Assembly: GCA_963730185.1 (NCBI GenBank)
Contig: CAVSQW010000006.1
Span: forward strand, 514,050-578,049
Source of the DNA: an uncultured Gemmatimonadales bacterium
GTDB lineage: Bacteria; Gemmatimonadota; Gemmatimonadetes; Gemmatimonadales; GWC2-71-9
DNA length: 64,000 nucleotides
Direction: 5' to 3'
Shown piece after piece: positions 43,407-53,312 of the stretch (within the stretch, counting starts at the first letter, position 1; each line of letters begins with the position of its first letter). Below the pieces are notes generated by a model, which was given only the letters and a program-made list of their open reading frames with translations, searched no databases and had not been told where the DNA came from. The position numbers were made by a program, and so were the translations under genes.

Positions 43407-44596
43407 AGCGGATTCTCTTCGTCGACGACGAGCCCCGGGTGCTCGACGGCCTCCGCCGCACACTCTACCGCCACCGGGATCGCTGGGAGACGGCGTTCGC
43501 CCCCGGCGCCGCCGCCGCGATCGACGCCTGCGAGCAGGAACCGTTCGACGTGGTGGTGAGCGACATGCGGATGCCGGAGGTCGACGGCGCCACCCTGCTC
43601 GGGATCGTGGCCGCGCGCTGGCCGACCACGGTGCGGGTGGTGCTGTCGGGTCAGACCGACATGATGGCGGCACTCCGGGCGTCCCGCATCGCCCACCAGT
43701 TCCTGTCCAAGCCCTGCAACGCCACCGCCCTGGAAGCGGTCCTGGAGCGCGCCTGCAGCCTCCGCGACCTGGTGACCGACGCCCGGATCGAGGCCATCGT
43801 CGGCGGGCTCGAGTCGTTGCCGGCGGTGCCCTCGATTTACCATCAGCTGACGGGTGTGCTCGCCCGAACCGACGCGTCGATCACCGACGTGGCGGACGTG
43901 GTCCGCCGCGACCCGGCCCTGAGCGCCAAGATTCTCCAGTTGGTCAACTCGTCGTTCTTCGGTCAGGCTCGCGAGGTCACCAGCATCGACCGCGGTGTGA
44001 GCTTCCTCGGCACCCGGTTGATTCAGAGCCTGGCGATGATCCACGGCGTGTTCGACTCGTTCGAGCGACAGGTGCTGCCGCTCGACTTCGACCCCCGGGC
44101 CGAGCAGACCCACGCGACCCTGGTCGCCGGGCTGGCCCGCCGCTTCGCCCCCGATCGCGCCCGGGGCGAGTCCGCCTTCACCGCCGCCTTGCTCCACGAC
44201 CTCGGCCGTCTGCTCCTCGCCATCCGGGCGCCCGAGGCGTATTCGGCCATCTGGGAGCGAGCCGTCGCCGACCGGGTGCCGCTGGTCGCCGCTGAGATCG
44301 CGCTCCTCGGGGTGAGCCACGCCGACCTGGGGGCCTATCTCCTGGGCGTCTGGGGCCTGCCGTGGGGCATCATCGACGCCGTCCGTCAACATCATGCCCC
44401 GGCTCCGGACCCAGACGGCACCGCGATCTTGGTCCACGTGGCCGACGCCCTGGTCCATGAGCTTGCGCCTCCGGGCGATCGGCAGCCCCCCGCCCCGTCC
44501 CTCGCGAGCGAGGCCATCGCCGCCGCGGGCTTCGACGACCGGCTGGCCGGGTGGCGCGAGCAGGCCGCCACGCTCCTGGTCGAGGGGGTGGCATGA
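43403..44596 (+). CDS. Response regulator REC-HDOD
   Basis: ILFVDDE, SDMRMP, KP; LPAVP, DPALSAKILQLVNSSFF, LLHDLG, HADLGAYLLGVWGLP. Confidence 0.92.
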   Translation: MKRILFVDDEPRVLDGLRRTLYRHRDRWETAFAPGAAAAIDACEQEPFDVVVSDMRMPEVDGATLLGIVAARWPTTVRVVLSGQTDMMAALRASRIAHQFLSKPCNATALEAVLERACSLRDLVTDARIEAIVGGLESLPAVPSIYHQLTGVLARTDASITDVADVVRRDPALSAKILQLVNSSFFGQAREVTSIDRGVSFLGTRLIQSLAMIHGVFDSFERQVLPLDFDPRAEQTHATLVAGLARRFAPDRARGESAFTAALLHDLGRLLLAIRAPEAYSAIWERAVADRVPLVAAEIALLGVSHADLGAYLLGVWGLPWGIIDAVRQHHAPAPDPDGTAILVHVADALVHELAPPGDRQPPAPSLASEAIAAAGFDDRLAGWREQAATLLVEGVA

Positions 44597-45762
44597 GTGA
44601 CGCCGCGCTGGCCCGGGTGCTCCTGGTGGACGACGACGAGAATCTGCTCAAGGGGCTGCAACGAATGCTCCGGCGGCGGTTCGAAACGACGGTGATCTCC
44701 TCGCCGGTCGAGGCGCTAACCCTCGCCCGGACCGGCGACTTCGAGGTGGTCGTCTCCGACTATCGGATGCCGGTGATGGATGGGGTAAAGTTCCTAAGCC
44801 AGATCAGCGAGCTCGCGCCCGACACCGTTCGCATTCTCCTGACCGGCTACGCCGATGTCACCGCGGCCATGGCCGCCGTCAACGAAGGCCAGGTCTTCCG
44901 CTTTCTCGACAAGCCCTGCCAGCCGGAGACCCTGGTCCGGGTGCTGAACGACGCGGTCCGACAGCATCGGCTGGTGATGGCCGAGCGGGTGCTGCTGGAG
45001 CGGACGCTGCACGGCAGCGTTGCGGCCCTGGTGGACGTCCTGTCCATGGCCCAGCCCGCCGCCTTCGGCCGGGCGTCTCGGGTCCGGCGTCTGGCAGGTG
45101 AGCTGGCCGACGCGCTGGCATTCCCCGATCGATGGGTCCTGGAGGTGGCGGCGATGCTGTCGCAGATCGGCACGATCGCCCTGCCGCCCGAGGTAGTGGA
45201 CCGGATGGCCGGATCGGTACCGCTCAGCGAGGCGGACCGGGCCCTGATCGCCGAGAGCCCGCGCCACGCCGCTCGGATCATCGAAGCCATACCCCGCTTG
45301 GAGGGGGTCCACGACATCCTGGAACGGGTGGGCAACCGGGCGGCGCCCCGCGCCGGCCAGCCCCCGCACGGGGCCGACATCCTGACCGTGGCGCTCGATT
45401 TCGACGACTACGTGAGCCACGGATCGCCGGACGGCGAGGCCGTCCGCCGGCTGGCCGGGCGGACCGGCTGGTACGACCGCCGGGTGCTCGAGGCGCTCTC
45501 CACCCGCTTCGCCGAGGGCAGCACCGACCCGATCCTCGAGGTCGCGCTCAGCCAAGTCACTCGCGGAATGGTCTTCGCCGACGACGTCCGGACCACCGAG
45601 GGAATCCTGCTCATTTCACGAGGCCAGGAGGTGACGGCCGGTCTGGTCAGCCGGATCGAAAACTTCTGGGCCGACCTGCCCCTGGCCGCGCCGGTCCGCG
45701 TGACCCGGCCAGCCGAGTCGAAGGAGACGCCGGCTCCGGAATCGGCCGTCACCGCCCAATGA
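44593..45762 (+). CDS. Response regulator with degenerate HD-GYP-like domain
   Basis: LLVDDD, SDYRMP, FRFLDKP; AAMLSQIG where HD is expected; no GYP motif. Confidence 0.85.
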   Translation: MSDAALARVLLVDDDENLLKGLQRMLRRRFETTVISSPVEALTLARTGDFEVVVSDYRMPVMDGVKFLSQISELAPDTVRILLTGYADVTAAMAAVNEGQVFRFLDKPCQPETLVRVLNDAVRQHRLVMAERVLLERTLHGSVAALVDVLSMAQPAAFGRASRVRRLAGELADALAFPDRWVLEVAAMLSQIGTIALPPEVVDRMAGSVPLSEADRALIAESPRHAARIIEAIPRLEGVHDILERVGNRAAPRAGQPPHGADILTVALDFDDYVSHGSPDGEAVRRLAGRTGWYDRRVLEALSTRFAEGSTDPILEVALSQVTRGMVFADDVRTTEGILLISRGQEVTAGLVSRIENFWADLPLAAPVRVTRPAESKETPAPESAVTAQ

Positions 45763-45874
45763 ACACACCCTCAACCCGAGTCGGGTCCCAGCACGGTCAC
45801 GGGTTTCTCGAGCCCGATCGCCGCGATCGGCTCGTCCCCTCGGTCCGCCGGCACGCTCGACCCTCGTATGCCGA

Positions 45875-45902
45875 CTAGAGTCGCCTTCCATGGGGTCGAT
45901 AC
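45875..45902 (+). promoter_or_regulatory. Second sigma28-like promoter
   Basis: TAGAG(45876-45880)-14 nt-GTCGATAC(45895-45902); same spacing as the 41631 site. Confidence 0.45.
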
Positions 45903-46061
45903 CGAGAACGAGAAGACCAAGCCATCCGTGTGGGACACCGAGACGAGCGCACTGCCCGCTGACCGCGAGCGGCGCCTCGATGTCGGGATGGACGACTCCC
46001 AGGCGAAGCCGCTCCGGTCGGGCGATCTCAGCGCCCCACTGAGGCGGCACACCCCAGAGGA

Positions 46062-48899
46062 TTGAGCGGGCCCGTGGACTTCTGGCGCTTTGCGCGCGAC
46101 GCGTCGCTCGGGTCACCGCTGACCGGCCACTACCAGCCGCTGCTGGTACTTCTCTCGTTCGTCACGGCCACCCTCGGCGCGTTCGCCGGGTTGGCCGTCG
46201 TGGGACGGATCCTGGCGGCCCAGCGACGCCAACTTCGCCTGACCTGGCTGGCCGTCGGGTCCGTGGCGATGGGAACCGGGATCTGGGCCATGCACTTCAT
46301 CGGCATGCTCGCCTTCGTGCTGCCGGAGCCGGTTTCCTACGACCTCACGCTCACCCTCCTCTCGATGGTCCCCGCGATGGTGGGCAGCGCCGCCGCGTTG
46401 GCGGCGATGAGTCGCAAGTCGATCGAAACCTGGCGCCTTCATCGCGGCGGCCTGGCGATGGCGGTCGGCATCGGCATCATGCACTACACCGGCATGGAGG
46501 CGATGCGGATGGGCGCCACACTTCGCTATCACCCCGGGCTCTTTCTCGGGTCGATCGCGGTCGCCTACGCCCTGGCCACGTTGGCCCTCTTCGTTCGGTT
46601 CGCGGTTTACGGTGCCCATCGCTCCAATCCGGCCATCCGAACCGCGGCCGCCCTGGTCATGGGCGGAGCGGTGACCGGGATGCACTACACGGCCATGGCG
46701 GCGGCTCGCTTCTACCCCTCCACCGACCCTCACCCCGAGGCCTCCCCGCTTTCCCCCGAGGGCTTCGCGCTCCTCCTGACCGGGGGGGGCCTGCTCGTGG
46801 TCGGTCTGACCCTGATCGGAGATCTGGTCGATCGCCGTCTGGCCGCGGCGTCCCAATCGGTCCGTGATACCGCGGCCCGGCATCGCGCCGTCCTGGAGAC
46901 GATGATGGACAGCGTGGTGACTTTCGACGAGGCCGGCGCCATCGAGTCCGTCAACCCCGCCGGGGAGCGGATGTTCGGCGGCCACGGGGACGCCATCGTG
47001 GGTCGGCCCATCGGCGCGCTGGTCCCGACCATCGACCGAGCCATGCTGGCCACCTTGGGGGAGGTCGTCGACGACACCGCCGGATGCCGTCGTGCCGCCG
47101 AGGCCGTGAGGCTCGACGGCGCCGCCCTATCGGTCGAGCTCGCGATCAGTCGCATGACGATCGACCTTCACCGCCGGTTCAGCGCCGTGATCCGCGACCT
47201 GACAGAGCAGAAACGGGCGGAAGCCGACCGGGCCCGGCACCTCCGGCAACTGGAGGCGTCCGGACGGGAGCTGGCCGAGGCTCGCGACCGGGCCGAATCG
47301 GCAGCGCGCGCCAAGAGCGAGTTCCTGGCCGTGATGAGCCACGAGATTCGCACCCCGATGAACGGCATCCTCGGCGTGGCACAGCTGCTCCTCGACAGCC
47401 CCTTGAGCGAGGAGCAGACCGAGCAGGTTCGCATCCTCCACTCGTCCGGGAAAGCCCTGCTCGCCATCATCAACGACATTCTCGACTTTTCCAAGATCGA
47501 GGCCGGCAAGCTGTTGATCGAGGCGGTCCCGTTCGACCTCCATGCCGTGGTGGGGGAGGTCGCCGACATCATGGCCCCCGTCGCGGCGGGCAAGGGGCTC
47601 GAACTGGCGGTGCGGTTCGGCGAGCCCGTGCCTCGGTACCTGGTGGGCGATCCCGGCCGGCTCCGGCAGGTGATCCTGAACCTGGTGTCCAACGCGATCA
47701 AGTTCACGGCGACGGGGCACGTCCTGGTCGAAGTCGTCGGGACGCGACTCGGCGAGATGGCGTCCGTTCAGGTCACGGTGCAAGACACCGGAATCGGCAT
47801 CGAACCGTCCGTGCAGGAGAAGCTCTTCGCGCCGTTCACCCAGGCGGACACCTCGACCACGCGGAAGTATGGTGGCACCGGCCTCGGTCTCGCGATCGCC
47901 CGGCGCATCATCGAGCTGATCGGCGGAGAAATCGGGGTCCGGAGCCGAGCCGGAGAGGGGTCGACGTTCTGGCTGGAGGTGCGACTCCCGACGTCCGATC
48001 CGGTCAACCCCTTGCCCCAGGCCGTCGATCTTCGCGGGGTCCATACCCTCGTCGTCGACGATCTGGACATCAACCGGGCCATCCTGGTCGAACAATTGAG
48101 CCGGTGGGGCATGCGGGTCGAATCGGCGGTGGGCGCTACGGAGGCGATGACCCGCTTCCGAGCGGCGGCCGCGGCCGGCGACCCGTACCAGGTCGCGATC
48201 GTCGATTATCTGATGCCGGTGGCGGACGGGCTCGAGTTGGGCGCTCGAGTGCGCGCTACCGCCGGGCTCGGCGATCCGGCCCTCATGCTGCTGACCTCGT
48301 CTGCTCAGGCGGGCGACGGCGACCGCGCCCGGGCCGCCGGGTTTGGCAGCTATCTGGTCAAGCCGGCCGCCCCTGACGCCTTACGGAACGCCCTGGGACG
48401 GCTGCTTCCGCTCACGGAAGGGTCGACCTCTCCCGCGGCGGCTGCGGCCAGCCCGGCTCCGCCCACCGCCACCAGAGTCCGACGAAGCCGGGAGCCCTCT
48501 CCGCGCGTGCTGCTGGCCGAGGACAACGCCGTGAACCGGATCGTCGCCGTCAAGATGCTCGAGAAGCTGGGCTGCCGGGTGGACGTCGCCGCCGACGGCA
48601 ATGAGGCCGTCGCCCTCTACCAGCGCCTTCCCTACGACATCGTCTTCATGGACTGCCTCATGCCCGACCTCGACGGCTACGAGGCCACCCGTCAGATCCG
48701 CGCCAGCGAGCACGGTGCCCGACGGACACCGATCATCGCCCTCACCGCGAATGCCCTCGCCGACGACCGAGAACGATGCCTCGCCGCCGGAATGGACCTC
48801 CACCTGGCGAAGCCCGTCACCCTCGAGGCCTTGGGAACCGCGCTCGACGCAGCGTTGAGCGCTCGCGGTCGGGCCCCCGCGTTGCCAACCTCGGGCTGA
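46062..48899 (+). CDS. Hybrid histidine kinase MHYT-PAS-HisKA-HATPase-REC-REC
   Basis: MHFIGM, MHYTGM, MHYTAM; MSHEIRTPMNG; GGTGLGL; two receivers (VVDD..DYLMP; LAEDN..MDCLMP). Confidence 0.94.
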   Translation: MSGPVDFWRFARDASLGSPLTGHYQPLLVLLSFVTATLGAFAGLAVVGRILAAQRRQLRLTWLAVGSVAMGTGIWAMHFIGMLAFVLPEPVSYDLTLTLLSMVPAMVGSAAALAAMSRKSIETWRLHRGGLAMAVGIGIMHYTGMEAMRMGATLRYHPGLFLGSIAVAYALATLALFVRFAVYGAHRSNPAIRTAAALVMGGAVTGMHYTAMAAARFYPSTDPHPEASPLSPEGFALLLTGGGLLVVGLTLIGDLVDRRLAAASQSVRDTAARHRAVLETMMDSVVTFDEAGAIESVNPAGERMFGGHGDAIVGRPIGALVPTIDRAMLATLGEVVDDTAGCRRAAEAVRLDGAALSVELAISRMTIDLHRRFSAVIRDLTEQKRAEADRARHLRQLEASGRELAEARDRAESAARAKSEFLAVMSHEIRTPMNGILGVAQLLLDSPLSEEQTEQVRILHSSGKALLAIINDILDFSKIEAGKLLIEAVPFDLHAVVGEVADIMAPVAAGKGLELAVRFGEPVPRYLVGDPGRLRQVILNLVSNAIKFTATGHVLVEVVGTRLGEMASVQVTVQDTGIGIEPSVQEKLFAPFTQADTSTTRKYGGTGLGLAIARRIIELIGGEIGVRSRAGEGSTFWLEVRLPTSDPVNPLPQAVDLRGVHTLVVDDLDINRAILVEQLSRWGMRVESAVGATEAMTRFRAAAAAGDPYQVAIVDYLMPVADGLELGARVRATAGLGDPALMLLTSSAQAGDGDRARAAGFGSYLVKPAAPDALRNALGRLLPLTEGSTSPAAAAASPAPPTATRVRRSREPSPRVLLAEDNAVNRIVAVKMLEKLGCRVDVAADGNEAVALYQRLPYDIVFMDCLMPDLDGYEATRQIRASEHGARRTPIIALTANALADDRERCLAAGMDLHLAKPVTLEALGTALDAALSARGRAPALPTSG

Positions 48900-48957
48900 C
48901 GCCACCCCCCGGAACCCGGTCGGTGTATCTTCTCGGCTCCTACCGCGGAGTGCGAGG

Positions 48958-50709
48958 ATGGAAGGGCTCGGCCAGCGCAACGATCACGACACCGGCCCCG
49001 GCACCGCTCACGGCTTCCTCACGCCGGGGCGGCTGGTCGCCCTCGCTCTGATCGTCGTTCCCGCCGTCGCCCGAGCCCAGACCTCGCCCCTGGCCGCCCG
49101 GTACGATCACGAGCAGGTTCGGCACGACGCGCTCCACTACGACGTCTGGCTCCGGCTGGCCGATTCCGGAACCCGCTTCGAAGCCGCCGTCACGACCCGC
49201 TGGCGGCTCACCAGCGCCCAGCCCATCTTGATCGATCTCGACTCGGTCTACACCATCCGGTCGCTGACCCTGAGCGGCCGCCCGGCCCGCTACGACCGCC
49301 GGGGCGACGTGATCGCCGTGCCGCTGCCGGCCGGAACGCGCGGCGAGGTCGACACCCGGATCGCGTACGACGGCTCGCCGCCGCCGTTCCGGCCATCGGG
49401 GAAGTCCGGATTTCGACCGTCCGACGACGACGGCCTGGTGCAGCGGGGATCGGGACCCACCCGCCGGATCTTCGCGGACAACTGGCCCGACCGGGCCCGG
49501 CGGTGGCTGGCGAGCCAAGACCATCCCAGCGACAAGGCCACGGTCAGCTGGACCATCGACGCGCCGGCCGACCTCACCGTGGTGGCCAACGGCACCCGGA
49601 TCGGGGTCGACCCGCTGCCGGGCGATCTCCGGCGCTGGCAGTTCGCCATGGACGACCCGATCCCGGTCTATACCATGGTCGTCGGGGCCGCCCGGCTGGC
49701 CGTCACGCCCCTCGCCCCCGCGTGCCAGGTCCGGTGCGTCCCGATCTCGGTCGTGACCTACCCGGCCGACTCGGCCTGGGCGGTCGACGGCCCGTTCCGC
49801 CGGGCGAACGAGATCGTGGACTTCTTCAGCCGGCTGATCGCGCCCTTTCCCTATCCCGAGCTCCGGCACGTCGAGACCTCCACCATCTTCGGCGGGATGG
49901 AGAACGCGACGGTCATCTTCTACGACGAGCGCGCCTATCGGAGCCACCGGCTCGGCGAAGGCACCGTCGCGCACGAAACCGCCCATCAGTGGTTCGGCGA
50001 CGCCGCCACCGAGGGCGACTGGCACCACCTCTGGCTATCCGAGGGTTTCGCCACCTACGGCGCCGCGCTCTGGAACGAGCATCTCGGAGGCGACTCCGCC
50101 CTCCGGGTCACGATGGAGGCCAATCGCAAAGCCGTGCTCGAGTCGCCCGCGAGCGAGCGCCCGATCCTCGACCCCCAGGCGACCGACCTGCTCGGGCTCC
50201 TCAACTCGAACAACTATCCCAAGGGCGCCTGGGTCCTCCACTCGCTGCGAGGGATGATGGGCGACTCGGCCTTCTTCCTCGGGCTCCGCACGTACTACCG
50301 CGCCCACGAGCACGGGAACGCCCTGTCGAGCGACTTCGCCGCGGTGATGTCCCAGGCGGCCGGGGTCGACTTGGATTGGTACTTTCGCCAGGCCCTGACC
50401 CAGCCAGGATATCCGATCCTCGAAGTCTCGTCCCGACTGATCGGCGGCCACGCCGAGGTGACGTTGCGTCAGGTCCAGAAACCGGCCTGGGGCCTCTTCC
50501 GGCTCCCGACCCTGACCATCCGGGTCGCCGGCCGGACCATCGCCCTCCCGGTGATGGAAGCCACCGCCCGCACGGTATTCCATTGGGACGGACCCGACCA
50601 GCCCGTGGTGGAAGTGGACCCGGACGGCTGGTGGCTGGCGGACGTGCGACGCGCCGACGAACCCTCGGGCGCGGGGGCCAATCCGGGCCCCGGCTCGAAG
50701 CGCCCATGA
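48958..50709 (+). CDS. M1-family metalloaminopeptidase, secreted
   Basis: GGMEN, HETAHQWFG...WLSEGFATY, YPKGAWVLHSLR; start uncertain. Confidence 0.92.
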   Translation: MEGLGQRNDHDTGPGTAHGFLTPGRLVALALIVVPAVARAQTSPLAARYDHEQVRHDALHYDVWLRLADSGTRFEAAVTTRWRLTSAQPILIDLDSVYTIRSLTLSGRPARYDRRGDVIAVPLPAGTRGEVDTRIAYDGSPPPFRPSGKSGFRPSDDDGLVQRGSGPTRRIFADNWPDRARRWLASQDHPSDKATVSWTIDAPADLTVVANGTRIGVDPLPGDLRRWQFAMDDPIPVYTMVVGAARLAVTPLAPACQVRCVPISVVTYPADSAWAVDGPFRRANEIVDFFSRLIAPFPYPELRHVETSTIFGGMENATVIFYDERAYRSHRLGEGTVAHETAHQWFGDAATEGDWHHLWLSEGFATYGAALWNEHLGGDSALRVTMEANRKAVLESPASERPILDPQATDLLGLLNSNNYPKGAWVLHSLRGMMGDSAFFLGLRTYYRAHEHGNALSSDFAAVMSQAAGVDLDWYFRQALTQPGYPILEVSSRLIGGHAEVTLRQVQKPAWGLFRLPTLTIRVAGRTIALPVMEATARTVFHWDGPDQPVVEVDPDGWWLADVRRADEPSGAGANPGPGSKRP

Positions 50710-51453
50710 AACCCGCGATCCTGCTCACCCTCGTGCTGGCGGGCTGCGGCATCACTCCGATCACCAACAAGGTCAAGCCCGGGGAAGAGCCGTTCGTCGT
50801 CGCCGTGGGCGAAGGCTCCGACGGGTCCACCGACCTCTTCGTGGCGGAGACCGGGGGCGGCCCGTTCTTCCGCCTGACCTTCAGCCGGCCCGCCGAGTGG
50901 GCTCCTCGGATCGCACCGTCCGGCCTGGCGGTCGCGTTCATGCGCGCTCGGAGCGAACGCGACTCCGACCGAGGCCGAGCTGGTGGTCTACGATCTGATC
51001 CACGGGACGGAGCGGCGGGGTCCGGTGCCGGCCGAGGCGGGCCCGGTGCGGAGGCTGGGGTGGAGCCGGGCCAGCGACACCGTCTTTCTCGGCGCCGACC
51101 GGATCCTGGTCACGGCCGCCGACCGGATCGACCCGAAGACCGCGCCGACCGACCTCGACCAGCCCGCCGATAGCGCGCTGGCGGAGCTCCTCGGCACCCC
51201 AGCTCAGGGGCGCGTAACCCACTGCGGGAGCGAGGTCTGTGTCGTGAGTGCGGAGGGGGACACCACCCGCGTCGGGACCGACGTGACCGACGCGATCCGG
51301 TGGGGACCCGACTCGCTGGCACTGCTCCGGGCCTCCGGGCTCGAGGTGCGGCCGCTGACCGGCGGACGACCGCGGTTCCCCCTCTGGACCGACATTCCCA
51401 ACGGTTTTCGGAGCCCGAGCTATCACCCCGGCGAGGACGCCTCGGTCCGATAA
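50706..51453 (+). CDS. TolB/PD40-like lipoprotein (1 apparent frameshift ~50968)
   Basis: Lipobox LAGC; RLTF..PAEWAPRIAPSG..VAF; continues into ORF 50983. Confidence 0.6.
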
Positions 51454-52046
51454 GCGATCGCGTCCCAGGCGGCGTCCAGCGTCTGAGCGATGCTGGGGTG
51501 ATCCGACGACCAGTCCCGGGCGGCCACTCGATCGGCCGCGAACGTCACCAGAGCCAGCCACACCGCGCTCCACAGCTCGGCCGAGCCGGCCCGGATCGTC
51601 CCTTCCTGCTTGCCACTCGCCATCACCTGACCGAGGAGGTCTCGGAACTCACGGCTCAAGGTGAGGCTCGCCTCGTCCAGCGTGGCCTGTGAGAGTCGAT
51701 GAAGCAGAATCGCTACGACGGCCGGATCCCGCGCCGCCCGCTGGATCAGCCCCTTGCCGATCCCCCCAAGCCGCTCCCGGCAGCGAACCCCCCGCTCGGC
51801 GGTATGCTCCCGAATTACGCCGATCCCGAAGCGGAGGCCTTCTCGATAGGCTTCGTTGAACAGCGCTTCCTTGCCGGTGAAGTGCCGGTAGATCGTGGCC
51901 TCGGCCGTGCCGGCCTTGGCCGCGATGTCGAGGGTGGTGGTTCCCCGATAGCCGTCGGTGGTGAAGAGCTCCAGCGCAGCCCGCACCAACCGAGCACGGG
52001 TGGCGATGGCGTCCTTGCGCCGCGGGGGAGACAATCGGTGGGCCAT
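51423..52046 (-). CDS. TetR-family regulator
   Basis: AALELFTTDGYRGTTTLDIAAKAGTAEATIYRHFTGKEAL. Confidence 0.93.
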   Translation of the reverse strand: MAHRLSPPRRKDAIATRARLVRAALELFTTDGYRGTTTLDIAAKAGTAEATIYRHFTGKEALFNEAYREGLRFGIGVIREHTAERGVRCRERLGGIGKGLIQRAARDPAVVAILLHRLSQATLDEASLTLSREFRDLLGQVMASGKQEGTIRAGSAELWSAVWLALVTFAADRVAARDWSSDHPSIAQTLDAAWDAIAYRTEASSPG

Positions 52047-52163
52047 GGCAGCGCTGAATGTATCGCGTCACCGGAATCCCTCCACTCCGTTTGGGCCGGC
52101 ACCGGAGACCTCGTTACCTTGAGGCGCCTTTCGGGGCCCCTCTCTTTTCGGATTTTATTCGGT

Positions 52164-53312
52164 ATGAGAATGCTCGTCCTGGGCGGTGGTCTTCAGGGAT
52201 CCGCCTGCGCGTACAACCTCCTGCACCACGACGACGTCGAGTCGGTCACGCTGGCCGACGCCCGGTCGGACCCGCTTCCCCAGTTCCTGGCGGCGCTGGA
52301 CGGACCGAGGCTCCGTCGGGCCGGGCTCGACGCTCGGGACGTCGCCGCCGTGACGGCGTTGATGCGCGGCCACCAGGCCGTGCTCTGCGCCCTACCCTAC
52401 TACTTCAACGAGCCGATGGCCCGCGCCGCGATCGAGGCCGGCTGCCACTTCGCCGACCTCGGCGGCAACACCGAGATCGTGATGCGCCAGCTGGCGCTCG
52501 ACCCCGAGGCGCGCGGGCGGGAGCTGTCGCTGGTCCCCGATTGCGGGCTGGCACCCGGGATGGTCAACGTGCTCGCGGCCGAGGGAATCCGTCGCCTCGA
52601 CCGGGCCGAGGCCGTCCGGATCTACGTCGGCGGGCTGCCCCAACACCCCGAGCCGCCGCTCAACTACCAGATCGTCTATTCGCTCGAGGGCGCGCTCGAT
52701 TACTACACCACGCCGTCCTGGGTCCTGAGGGGAGGGAAAGCGGTCCAGGTCGAGGCGCTGACGGAGGTCGAGTCTCTGGACTTCGCGCCGCCGGTCGGCA
52801 CCCTCGAGGCCTTCCACACGGCGGGCGGGATCAGCACCATGCCCTTCAGCTTCGAGGGTGCCGTGGAGACGATGGAGTACAAGACCCTCCGATACCCGGG
52901 TCACGCCCGCCTCATGCGGGCGATTCGGGACCTCGGGCTCCTCGCGAGCGCGCCGATCGAAGTGAAGGGCCAATCGGTCGTGCCCCGAGACGTCTTCATC
53001 GCCGCGGTGAGTCCCCAACTCACCAAGCCCGAGAGCCGGGACCTGGTGGCGCTCCGGGTGGTGGCCACCGGCACCCGGGCAGACCGCCCGGCTACGGTAC
53101 GGTTCGACCTGCTCGACTATCACGACGTCGAGTCCGGACTGAGCGCGATGATGCGGACGACCGGGTTCTCCCTCGCCCTGACCGGGCTGATGCAGGCTCG
53201 GCGCGAGATGCGGGTGCTCGGCGCCCATACCCCCGACGAGGCGGTTCCCTTCCGGGGCTACGTCGAGGGCCTGGCCCGATTCGGGGTCCGGATCGAGGAA
53301 TCGGAGTCGTGA
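52164..53312 (+). CDS. Saccharopine dehydrogenase / lysine 6-dehydrogenase family oxidoreductase
   Basis: VLGGGLQG, DLGGN, DCGLAPG, VGGLP, YKTLRYPGH, AMMRTTGF. Confidence 0.88.
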   Translation: MRMLVLGGGLQGSACAYNLLHHDDVESVTLADARSDPLPQFLAALDGPRLRRAGLDARDVAAVTALMRGHQAVLCALPYYFNEPMARAAIEAGCHFADLGGNTEIVMRQLALDPEARGRELSLVPDCGLAPGMVNVLAAEGIRRLDRAEAVRIYVGGLPQHPEPPLNYQIVYSLEGALDYYTTPSWVLRGGKAVQVEALTEVESLDFAPPVGTLEAFHTAGGISTMPFSFEGAVETMEYKTLRYPGHARLMRAIRDLGLLASAPIEVKGQSVVPRDVFIAAVSPQLTKPESRDLVALRVVATGTRADRPATVRFDLLDYHDVESGLSAMMRTTGFSLALTGLMQARREMRVLGAHTPDEAVPFRGYVEGLARFGVRIEESES

